This document shows positions 8,762 through 16,377 of a stretch of DNA of 16,872 bases, in pieces. The translations under genes were made by a program, and so were the position numbers. The stretch is from Candidatus Nanohaloarchaea archaeon (GTDB lineage: Archaea; Nanohalarchaeota; Nanosalinia; Nanosalinales; Nanosalinaceae), in assembly GCA_042217585.1 (NCBI GenBank), contig JBDGSJ010000022.1:1-16872 (forward strand). Direction: 5' to 3'. Below the pieces are notes generated by a model. That model searched no databases. It had not been told where the DNA came from and was given only the letters and a program-made list of their open reading frames with translations. The first letter of the stretch is position 1. Every line of letters begins with the position of its first letter.

Positions 8762-9796
8762 TCACCTGTCCCTGTGGACGCAGAGGTCCGCCAGCGATTC
8801 CAGCATCGACCTCATCCCGGGTCCGAGCTCTGATCCCTCGATCATATCCTCCATCTCCTTCCTCTCCTCCTGTATCTTCTGCTCCACTTTTTCCCTGACC
8901 CCTTTCTCCTTCATCAGGTCCAGGACCTCTCTCTTCTCCTCCATCGACATCTCGGACCTGAGCTTCTCCCTCCACTTCTCCCTGTCCTCGACGGACTCCA
9001 GGAAGTACAGCCTGTGGAGGGTTTTCTTGTCCTCGTCGAGGTCCGAGCCCACCGGCTTCCCGGTCTTCTCCTCGTCTCCGAAAAGCCCGAGTTCGTCGTC
9101 CTTCATCTGGTACATCCGGCCCAGCCTTTCTCCCAGATCGCCGAGCAGTTCGGCGTTTTCCGCCCCGGCGTGGACCGCGCCTATCCTCATCGGCAGGGAG
9201 AAGGTGTAGACCGCGGTCTTGTTGGTGAAGGTCGACGCTATCTGTTCCTCGGACCTCTCCTCGTTCGAGAAAGCTGACTCTATGTCCATCATCTCGCCCA
9301 TCCCGACCCGGGCGAACACCGTCGAGAAGATCTCCGAGATCTCGACTTTTTTCTCCGGCTCCATCTCCATCTCCGCTATCATCTTCTGGGCGAGGAAGAA
9401 CGATACGTCCGCGAGGCATATCGCCATCCCCTTTCCGTACATGTCGGGTTCCTTGACCTCGCCCTCTCCCTCGGTCCTGTACTGGCTGTGGATAGAGTCG
9501 ACTCCCCGCCTCATCAGGTCCCTGTCGATTATGTCGTCGTGTATCAGCAGTCCGGTGTGGACCAGCTCTATCGCGCCCGCGGCGTTCACGAGATCTTCGG
9601 GGTACTCTCCCAGCCTTTCAGCTGTCTCGAGCGTGAGCGCGGCTCTTATCATCTTTCCTCTCTTCACCAGGTCCAGGAGCTTGTCCTCTATCTCCCCCGA
9701 GATCCTCGGCTCGTCCAGTTCGTCGAGGCCCTCTATGTAGTCCTCGAGGAAGCTGACCACTTGCTCCTTCCTCTCCCTGACGTCATCCAGCTCCAT
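8762..9796 (-). CDS. Polyprenyl diphosphate synthase (CrtE/IdsA-like)
   Basis: 344 aa; GKMIR, FARM LIHDDIID..RRG, KT, YQMKDDELG and GKPVGSDL motifs. Coupled to crtB by a TGATG overlap. Confidence 0.9.
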   Translation of the reverse strand: MELDDVRERKEQVVSFLEDYIEGLDELDEPRISGEIEDKLLDLVKRGKMIRAALTLETAERLGEYPEDLVNAAGAIELVHTGLLIHDDIIDRDLMRRGVDSIHSQYRTEGEGEVKEPDMYGKGMAICLADVSFFLAQKMIAEMEMEPEKKVEISEIFSTVFARVGMGEMMDIESAFSNEERSEEQIASTFTNKTAVYTFSLPMRIGAVHAGAENAELLGDLGERLGRMYQMKDDELGLFGDEEKTGKPVGSDLDEDKKTLHRLYFLESVEDREKWREKLRSEMSMEEKREVLDLMKEKGVREKVEQKIQEERKEMEDMIEGSELGPGMRSMLESLADLCVHRDR

Positions 9797-10608
9797 CAGA
9801 CCGCGCTCCTCAAGAGCTCGTATGCTATACGGGTTTTCGACGGCCTCACCTTCTCCTCGTAGACTCTCAGCGGTCTTTTCTCTATCCTTTCCGCGGTCCA
9901 GCGGTAGAGCCGGGAGGAGAGGTCAACGGGTACGCGGCTCCTGTAAGGTATGTACTTCAGTCCCTTCCTCGCCTCGTCGCTCCACTGCCTGTACCGGTCT
10001 ATCTCTGCCCTCATGAACTCCCTGAACTTCTCCGGGTTTCCGCGGGCCTCCTCCCTGGAGAGGTCCTCCAGTCCGTGTCTCTCGACCTCTTCCTGGGGCA
10101 GGTACTGTCTTCCCAGTCCGTTGTCCTCCTTCACGCCCCTCAGGAAGTTCGCGTACTGCATCGCTCTTCCCATCAGCTGCGCGGGTTCCTTCGCCCCGGG
10201 GTCGAGGTCCAGTATCTCGCACATCATCAGCCCGATCACCTCTGCGGAGCCGTACGTGTATTCAAGGGTCTCATCGACCGTTTCATACCTCGATTTCTCC
10301 AGGTCCATCTCCATCGCATCCAGGAAGGCCTCTATCCAGTCGTCCTCTATACCGTTCTCCCGTGCCTCCAGCAGGGCCTCGATCACCTTCCGGTCGGACT
10401 CACCGGTCTCCAGCGCTCTCTCCGTATCCTCCCTGAAGCTGTAGAATCCCTGCCTGTCCTGCGGCTCGGAATCCACGAAGTCGTCCGCGGTCCTCACGAA
10501 GGCGTAGAGCCGGAAGACGTCCTCCTTGACCCCTGAGGGGAGAAAAAGGCTGCTGTAGTAGTACGATGTGCTCCCGTCCCTGAATATCCGCCGGAGCTCC
10601 TGGTCCAT
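9796..10608 (-). CDS. crtB: Phytoene synthase
   Basis: 270 aa; LYAFVRTADDFVD, YTYGSAEVIGLMM, AMQYANFLR(G)VKED and GRQYLP motifs; carotenoid gene context. Confidence 0.9.
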   Translation of the reverse strand: MDQELRRIFRDGSTSYYYSSLFLPSGVKEDVFRLYAFVRTADDFVDSEPQDRQGFYSFREDTERALETGESDRKVIEALLEARENGIEDDWIEAFLDAMEMDLEKSRYETVDETLEYTYGSAEVIGLMMCEILDLDPGAKEPAQLMGRAMQYANFLRGVKEDNGLGRQYLPQEEVERHGLEDLSREEARGNPEKFREFMRAEIDRYRQWSDEARKGLKYIPYRSRVPVDLSSRLYRWTAERIEKRPLRVYEEKVRPSKTRIAYELLRSAV

Positions 10609-10661
10609 TTAAGTGGATCTTTTTAGGCAAACCATAAAAAATCGTCTGATGATGGTTCAGT
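10609..10661. promoter_or_regulatory. Divergent promoter crtB / crtD
   Basis: 53-nt AT-rich gap with a central ATAAAAAA (10634-10641; TTTTTTAT on minus), 20-26 nt from the start codons on both sides. Confidence 0.6.
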
Positions 10662-12137
10662 ATGTCTATGGAGGGCAAGAAGGTAGTGGTGGTCGGAGGA
10701 GGTTTCGGAGGTCTCTCGGCCGCCTGTTTCCTCGCCGATAGTGGAACAGAAGTCGAACTGATAGAGAAGAACGATCACGTCGGGGGTAGAGCCTCTGTGC
10801 TGGAGGAAGAAGGCTTCAGGTTCGACATGGGTCCCTCCTGGTACCTGATGCCCGACATATTCGAGAGGTTCTTCGGGAAGTTCGACCGGGAGCCGGAGGA
10901 CTACTACGAACTGGACAGGCTTGAACCCAACTACAGCGTCTTCTTCAAGGACGGGGATCGCATGGACGTACCCGCCGACCCTGAGAAGGCCGCCGAGATG
11001 TTTGAAAGCTATGAGAGCGGTGCCGGGGACGCCTTCATGGACTACCTGGAGAAGTCCAGGGAGACGTACGAGGTGGGAATGAGCGAGTTCGTGCTGAAGG
11101 ACCGCAACAGTTTCAGGGACTACCTCTCCCTGGACGTGCTGAAGAACGCCAGGAACCTGAGCCTTGTGAAGAAGATGGAGGACCACGTGGACAGCTACTT
11201 CGACCACCCGAAGATAAAGCAGGTGCTCCAGCACACCCTGGTGTTCCTCGGGGGCTCGCCGTCGAACACGCCCGCGCTCTACAACCTGATGAGCCACGTC
11301 GACTTCAACATGGGCGTATACTACCCGGAGGGAGGTATCTACTCGGTCGTGGAGGCGATGAAGGATCTCGCGGAGGAGAAAGGAGTGGAGATCAGCACCG
11401 GCGAGGAGGTCCTCGCCATCGACCGGGACGGAAAGCCGGTCGTCAGGACCGAGGAAAGGACCGTGAAGGCGGACGCCGTGGTCTCGAACGCGGACTACGC
11501 CTACACCGAGACCCGGCTGCTCCCGGAGGAATACACCACGTACGACGAGGACTACTGGGATTCCCGGACCTACGCCCCCTCCGCGTTCCTGATGTACCTC
11601 GGGGTCGACGACGAACTGGAGGAGCTTGACCACCACAACCTGGTCTTCCCGGAGGACTGGGACCCGCATTTCGAGAAGATATTCGACGATCCCGGACTGC
11701 CGGAGGACCCGGCATACTACGTCTGCAACCCTTCCCACACCGATGACTCGGTGGCGCCGGAGGGGAAGTCCGCGATATTCATACTGGTGCCGGTCGCGGC
11801 CGAACTGGAGATGTCCGATAGCGATGTGGACGAGTTCCGGGACCTCGTGATCTCGGACTTCGAGGAGCAGACCGGCGCGGACCTGGAGGAAAACATAGTT
11901 TACGAGAAAGTCTTCAGGGGAGAGGACTTCTCCGAGAGGTACAACAGCTACAACGGGACCGCGCTCGGGATCGCGCACACATTGACCCAGACCTCGGTCT
12001 TCAGGCCGGGCCAGCGCTCGAAGAACATGGAGGGCCTCTACTACGTCGGCCAGTACACCAACCCCGGCATCGGCGTGCCGATGTGCCTCATAAGCGGGGA
12101 GCACGTCGCGGAGAAGGTGGAGGAGGACCTTGGATAG
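10662..12137 (+). CDS. crtD: Phytoene desaturase family protein; by position the carotenoid 3,4-desaturase CrtD (CrtI-like)
   Basis: 491 aa (alternative ATG at 10668); GGGFGGL FAD motif, GFRFDMGPSWYLMPD and PGIGVPMCLISG. First gene of a haloarchaeal-style crtD-lyeJ-cruF operon. Confidence 0.85.
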   Translation: MSMEGKKVVVVGGGFGGLSAACFLADSGTEVELIEKNDHVGGRASVLEEEGFRFDMGPSWYLMPDIFERFFGKFDREPEDYYELDRLEPNYSVFFKDGDRMDVPADPEKAAEMFESYESGAGDAFMDYLEKSRETYEVGMSEFVLKDRNSFRDYLSLDVLKNARNLSLVKKMEDHVDSYFDHPKIKQVLQHTLVFLGGSPSNTPALYNLMSHVDFNMGVYYPEGGIYSVVEAMKDLAEEKGVEISTGEEVLAIDRDGKPVVRTEERTVKADAVVSNADYAYTETRLLPEEYTTYDEDYWDSRTYAPSAFLMYLGVDDELEELDHHNLVFPEDWDPHFEKIFDDPGLPEDPAYYVCNPSHTDDSVAPEGKSAIFILVPVAAELEMSDSDVDEFRDLVISDFEEQTGADLEENIVYEKVFRGEDFSERYNSYNGTALGIAHTLTQTSVFRPGQRSKNMEGLYYVGQYTNPGIGVPMCLISGEHVAEKVEEDLG

Positions 12138-12957
12138 ACTGAAGTACCTGCTCAAGCTTTCCCGTCCCCGTTTCTGGATGTACCTCGCCGGACCGGCGCT
12201 GGTGGGCCTGGTGTACGGCGACCTGTCCGCGGTTCTCACACCTGAAGGCCTGGGCCTCCTCATATACTTTCTCCTGCCGGCGAACATCGCCCTCTACGGC
12301 ATAAACGACTACTTCGACCGCGACATAGACGAGGAGAACCCGAAGAAGGAGGAGAAGGAGGAGGTCTACCGGGGGGCGCGCTGGGTGGACCTGACCGTCG
12401 CTATATCCGCGGCGCTCTCAATTCCCGTAGCGCTCACGCTGTCCTCCCGGACCTGGCCGTGGTTCGCCGCCTTCCTTTTCCTCAGCGTGGCTTACAGCGC
12501 GCCTCCCCTCCGGTTCAAGGCCAGACCGTTCCTTGACTCGCTGAGCAACGGTCTCTACCTGACCCCGTTCGTGATAGCCTACGTTCACGCCGCGGGAGGT
12601 CTGCCGCCGGTGGAGGTCCTCGCGGGCGGCTGGCTCTGGACCATGGCGATGCACACGTTCTCCGCGATACCGGATATAGGTCCGGACAGGAGGTCCGGGG
12701 TCGAGACGACCGCTACCTTCCTCGGGAGGGAGAGGACCTACGGTTACTGCACCGCGGTCTGGTCGCTCTCCGCCGTCTCCTTCGCCACTCACTCGGCCCT
12801 GCTCGGCGCCCTCTTCTCTTTCTACCCCCTGCTCTGCGCCGCCGTCTACCTCTCCGGCGTGGAGGACTCGCGCGCCTACTGGTGGTATCCGTACATAAAC
12901 GGCCTGACTGGGATGGTGATAACGCTCTACGGACTGAGGGTGCTTGTCGGTGGATAG
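12130..12957 (+). CDS. lyeJ: Lycopene elongase/hydratase (UbiA-family prenyltransferase)
   Basis: 275 aa; SRPRFW, YGINDYFD..ID..NPKK, YSAPPLRFK.RPFLDS and HTFSAIPDI.PDR motifs. TTG start preceded by AGGTGGAGG. Confidence 0.9.
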   Translation: MDRLKYLLKLSRPRFWMYLAGPALVGLVYGDLSAVLTPEGLGLLIYFLLPANIALYGINDYFDRDIDEENPKKEEKEEVYRGARWVDLTVAISAALSIPVALTLSSRTWPWFAAFLFLSVAYSAPPLRFKARPFLDSLSNGLYLTPFVIAYVHAAGGLPPVEVLAGGWLWTMAMHTFSAIPDIGPDRRSGVETTATFLGRERTYGYCTAVWSLSAVSFATHSALLGALFSFYPLLCAAVYLSGVEDSRAYWWYPYINGLTGMVITLYGLRVLVGG

Positions 12958-13732
12958 GCTGGACCGGCTGGTCTCGGAGAACAGGTTCACGATAGCGGTC
13001 CTTTTCCCTCTTGTCGGAGCCCTGATGTTCGTCGCGTCCGCGGAGCAGATGCTTCCCGGACCCCTCTCCTTCAACCCCTACCTGATTATCCTCGGCACAG
13101 TGGTGATGAGGCTCCCGCTCATAGCCGGGCTGGAGCCGCTGATGGACCGGAAAGCGGTCCTGGGGCTCTCCGCCCTCACCCTTTACGCCTACCTCGTCGA
13201 GTACGTCGGCATCAGGACCGGGCTGCCGTACGGCGAGTTCGAGTACCTGGTCCAGCTCGGACCGATGGTGGAGGGAGTGCCGCTGGGACTCCCGGTCTTC
13301 TTCATACCCCTGGTCCTGAACTCCTACCTGCTGGTCAGGCTGTACGACCCCGGGAGAAGGTTCCGCAGGATCGTCGCCGTGATAGCCGCGGTACTGCTGA
13401 TAGACGCGGTCCTGGACCCGGCGGCGGTATCCCTCGGCATCTGGACGTACGCCTCGGGCATCTACTACGGCGTCCCGGTCCAGAACTTCCTGGGATGGGT
13501 TCTCAGCGCGGCTGTCGCGACCCTCCTGCTCGAGTACTCTCTGGACGGGGACGCGCTCAGCGAGAGGCTGGTATCCACGGACTTCATGCTGGACGACATG
13601 GTCAGCTTCACGGTCCTCTGGGGCCTGGTGAACCTGTACTACTTCAACATCGCACCCTTCCTCGTCGCCGCTTTATTCGCCGCCGCTCTCTGGAACGCGG
13701 ACAGGTTCAGCTTCGTCTTTCAGACGAGGTAG
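12950..13732 (+). CDS. cruF: Bisanhydrobacterioruberin hydratase (carotenoid hydratase)
   Basis: ENRFTIAV.FP, GLPYGEF, LDPAAV, YYGVP.QNFLGW and FMLDD.VSF motifs. GTG 12950 is preferred over TTG 12944 because GAGGGTG lies 7 nt upstream. Confidence 0.88.
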   Translation: MDRLDRLVSENRFTIAVLFPLVGALMFVASAEQMLPGPLSFNPYLIILGTVVMRLPLIAGLEPLMDRKAVLGLSALTLYAYLVEYVGIRTGLPYGEFEYLVQLGPMVEGVPLGLPVFFIPLVLNSYLLVRLYDPGRRFRRIVAVIAAVLLIDAVLDPAAVSLGIWTYASGIYYGVPVQNFLGWVLSAAVATLLLEYSLDGDALSERLVSTDFMLDDMVSFTVLWGLVNLYYFNIAPFLVAALFAAALWNADRFSFVFQTR

Positions 13733-14640
13733 CCTCCCAGGTAGACGAAGAAGCCTGTCAGGACCGCCAGCGTCCCGTTCCACGCAAGCATCACCAGCCT
13801 CTCCGTGCTCATTTCCAGCTCCCTGTCTCTCAGTGTTATCAGGACGATGGCGGCGAGACCGCATCCCAGGACCGTGAAGACGAAGCCGAAGGGTGATCCA
13901 AGAGTCGGCGGAGGGACGAAAGGTATCGCGGACGCGTAAAGCAGACCGACCAGGAACTCCGGCCTTATATCCGGGCCGTGGCCCTTCAGGGAGGCGAAGG
14001 TCGCCAGCGCCGAGGCAGACACCAGCGCCTCCATGAAGAAGACCGCGAGCAGGTTCAGCACCGGATCCGCCATCAGCTGTATCCTCGAGCTGAAAAGCTG
14101 GATTTTCAGCGGAAACAGGAAATCGGGCGGCACGCCGGTGAAAAGGTCCCCGAAGGAGTGGGACAGCAGGCCGATGAAGACCGCTGGTATGAAGTCGTGC
14201 CAGCTGACGTACCTCTCCGACAGCCGGGTCAGGGCCAGCCCCGAGAAGAGGAAGACGCCCATCACGAAGCCGGCGACAGGGCCCGAGGTCAGGATACCGT
14301 ATCCCACGCCGGCGGAGAGGACTGCGGTCTCGGCGACGGGGTCCCTCAGCCTGTAGTAAGCCGAGAATGTTCCGGCGGCGAAGAAACCTGTCAGGAGGCT
14401 GTGGGTGATGCCGCGGTGGACTCCCTCCGAGGCCTCCCAGAACGACCTCATGAAATGTTCCGGACCGGTGCCGAACACCACCGCGACCTCTTTCCATGCG
14501 TAGATTATATCGACGTCCGGCAGGGCCGCGAAACCTCCGGCGACCAGTCCAGCCGCCACAGCCCTCCGGTCCTCCAGCCCGTACAGGTGTGAAAGCAGAG
14601 CCACGGCTGTGAACGCCAGCAGGCCGTGGCCGATTATCAT
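13720..14640 (-). CDS. Membrane-bound metal-dependent hydrolase (YdjM-like)
   Basis: 306 aa, hydrophobic; GH, LPDVD, HRGITHS and SH..GD motifs. TTTTTTAC box (14671-14664) lies 23 nt before the ATG. Confidence 0.85.
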   Translation of the reverse strand: MIIGHGLLAFTAVALLSHLYGLEDRRAVAAGLVAGGFAALPDVDIIYAWKEVAVVFGTGPEHFMRSFWEASEGVHRGITHSLLTGFFAAGTFSAYYRLRDPVAETAVLSAGVGYGILTSGPVAGFVMGVFLFSGLALTRLSERYVSWHDFIPAVFIGLLSHSFGDLFTGVPPDFLFPLKIQLFSSRIQLMADPVLNLLAVFFMEALVSASALATFASLKGHGPDIRPEFLVGLLYASAIPFVPPPTLGSPFGFVFTVLGCGLAAIVLITLRDRELEMSTERLVMLAWNGTLAVLTGFFVYLGGYLV

Positions 14641-14747
14641 GAGGGACCTTCAGTCCGGAACGGGTAAAAAACGTGGGTCTGGGTTGCTCTGGAAGATAAC
14701 GAGCTTTCCGTCCACCATGAATGCTCAGGAGCGCTCAGATTTTCTGA

Positions 14748-14758
14748 AATATAAAAAA
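14748..14758 (-). terminator. U-rich archaeal terminator candidate
   Basis: TTTTTTATATT on the minus strand, shortly after the last helix of the candidate RNA. Confidence 0.5.
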
Positions 14759-15140
14759 GGAGGAGTGGGAAATGTTCCCGCCTCTGGGATGCGGACTTGT
14801 CTTGTTTTCCCTCTTTCCAGGGAAGTTCCACAGGGTTTCCGACTTATGGATCGACGTTCAGGGTGCTGTGAGCGTTTTCGGTCCTACAACCTCTCCAGTC
14901 TTGAATCGTAGCTTATTTGGTCCGTGCTTTTTCCCGGAAGGTGATATGGCCGGCGGATTTCGGTTGGGTCCTGTCGCCCGGGGCCCGCTGAGTTGCGAGC
15001 CAGGCCAGGTTTCCCCAACCTACTAATCCTGTATCAAAAATACAGGATATTCGGCACGGAGATAGTCTGATAGAAAACGCTCGCATTACCCCTGGCACGT
15101 TGCTCCATTCCGGAAACCGGGCCATGGGCTATGCGAGTCA
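14753..15140 (-). ncRNA. Candidate large structured ncRNA of unknown family (~390 nt)
   Basis: Only long gap in the window without a credible CDS. At least nine helices, several with G-U pairs that work only on the minus strand. Upstream TTTTATAAA and downstream U6 tract. Confidence 0.62.
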
Positions 15141-15163
15141 TATCTCTATATTGCGCAGCAGGG

Positions 15164-15172
15164 TTTATAAAA
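15164..15172 (-). promoter_or_regulatory. TATA box for the candidate ncRNA
   Basis: Consensus-like TTTTATAAA about 23-26 nt upstream of the first helix. No protein gene begins in either direction here, apart from a doubtful 35-codon ORF. Confidence 0.6.
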
Positions 15173-15216
15173 GTTTGCGACCAATAAGACGGTTTCATCC
15201 GGAAACGCCCTCACCC

Positions 15217-15777
15217 CTAACGAGAGCGGTGCTTCTCCACGAACTCTCTGAAGGACCGGTAATCCTCGCCCGAGACCAGCCGCTTGAACGGGTCCCTGGT
15301 CACCAGTGCGGTCCTGACGCCCGCTCTTCTCCCCGTCAGGAGGTCGCGGACCGAATCGCCGACGTAAACGAAGCTCTCCTTTTCCCGGCCCGATTCCCTG
15401 ATTATGGCCTTCAGGCCCGACGGATCCGGCTTCCTGCCGTACTCCTCTGGTCCGACCACGCGGTCAAGCAGCCGGTCCAGTTCCAGCTCCCGGACCTTCA
15501 CCTCCGTGCTTCCCGGCGGGGAGTTCGTCAGCCCGGCGGCGCAGAAATCACGGTCCTCCAGGAACTCCCGGACTCCCGGCGAGAGCCTGATAACCCCGTC
15601 CTCGATAAGCTCCCGGGTCTTGTCCCGGTGCCAGTCGGCGTAAAGGTCCTGGAGGTCCTCGGCCTCGGAGATATTCGAGTTCCACGGCAGGAACTCCCGT
15701 GTTATCCTGAGCGCCGGCCCTATGAAGAGGTCGGAGTTATCGATTATGGTGTCGTCCAGGTCGAACACGTAGTTCAC
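15217..15777 (-). CDS. HAD-superfamily hydrolase (class IA)
   Basis: 186 aa, GTG start; FDLDDT (motif I), LTN, KPDP and YVGDSVRD motifs. Confidence 0.9.
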   Translation of the reverse strand: MNYVFDLDDTIIDNSDLFIGPALRITREFLPWNSNISEAEDLQDLYADWHRDKTRELIEDGVIRLSPGVREFLEDRDFCAAGLTNSPPGSTEVKVRELELDRLLDRVVGPEEYGRKPDPSGLKAIIRESGREKESFVYVGDSVRDLLTGRRAGVRTALVTRDPFKRLVSGEDYRSFREFVEKHRSR

Positions 15778-15780
15778 GTC

Positions 15781-16377
15781 TCACACCTTCCCGATCAGCT
15801 CCCGCGCCCTCTCCATCTCGTCGCTGTTCACCTCGTGGCTGGACCCGGGGTAAAGCTTCTTCTCCAGGTCCGCGCCCAGGTCCTCCAGCACGTCCGCGGT
15901 CTCCTCCACCCTTTCCCGGGGGATGTGGGGGTCGTTCTCGCTGCAGCCGACGAATGCCGGGGTGCCTTCCAGGTCCCCGCTGTAATCCCGGACCTGGTCT
16001 CCTATCAGTCCGCCGCTGAAGAGGACCAGTCCGCCGAACCTCTCCGGGTTGCGCGAGGCGTACTCCGAGGCGAGGCATGCGCCCTGTGAGAACCCGAGCA
16101 GGACCGTTTTCTCCCTGTCTCCGATCTCCTCCACTATCGTGTCTATCTTCTCCAGAGCCGAGTCAAGCTCCGGCTGATTGGCTTCACGCGGCTCCAGGAA
16201 GGACCTGGGGTACCATTCACGTCCCGCTGCCTGCGGCGCGTAGTAGTGCGCATCGGGGAGCTGCTCCGAGAGCCTCATTATGCTCTCCGCGGTCGCCCCT
16301 CTCCCGTGTATCATCACGACCGATACATCTCCTCCTCTGTCGTTCTCCAGCACCTTCTGGTCTCCGTGAGGTTCCAT
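15781..16377 (-). CDS. Phospholipase/carboxylesterase (alpha/beta hydrolase), ~198 aa
   Basis: Start corrected to ATG 16377 (MEPHGDQ). HGRG, GFSQG nucleophile elbow, DPHIP and catalytic His in SSHEV. Confidence 0.9.
   Translation of the reverse strand: MEPHGDQKVLENDRGGDVSVVMIHGRGATAESIMRLSEQLPDAHYYAPQAAGREWYPRSFLEPREANQPELDSALEKIDTIVEEIGDREKTVLLGFSQGACLASEYASRNPERFGGLVLFSGGLIGDQVRDYSGDLEGTPAFVGCSENDPHIPRERVEETADVLEDLGADLEKKLYPGSSHEVNSDEMERARELIGKV

Noticed and set aside
10623..12287. 554-aa antisense ORF and other long shadow ORFs (e.g. 3307-4095, 5440-6324, 13673-14497, 15100-16089)
   Set aside because: Expected by-products of GC3-biased coding in another frame or strand; no recognisable motifs.
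14772..15026. 84-aa plus-strand ORF with upstream AGGAGGAG, and the other short ORFs at 14609-15125
   Set aside because: They are non-acidic with atypical codon usage and no motifs; the region is better explained by minus-strand RNA structure.
14790..15072. Group I intron-like words (UCAGACUA, AAUCCGC, AAGACAAGUCC on minus)
   Set aside because: Order and pairings do not assemble a P3-P7 core, and no interrupted host gene is visible.
15099..15121. SRP helix-8-like segment (minus CCGGUUUCCGGAAUGGAGCAAC)
   Set aside because: It lacks the CAGG internal-loop strand and a clean GGAA tetraloop, lies at the 5' end, and no long SRP helix 5 is evident.
14794..15139. Plus-strand RNase P RNA reading (GGAAGUUCCA at about 14821 with UGGGCUAU at about 15125; GACUUGU/GCGAGUC as P1)
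   Set aside because: There is no ACAGAA-type CR-V or A-rich CR-II/III. Junctions are U-rich, and several helices contain A-C mismatches on this strand that are G-U pairs on minus.
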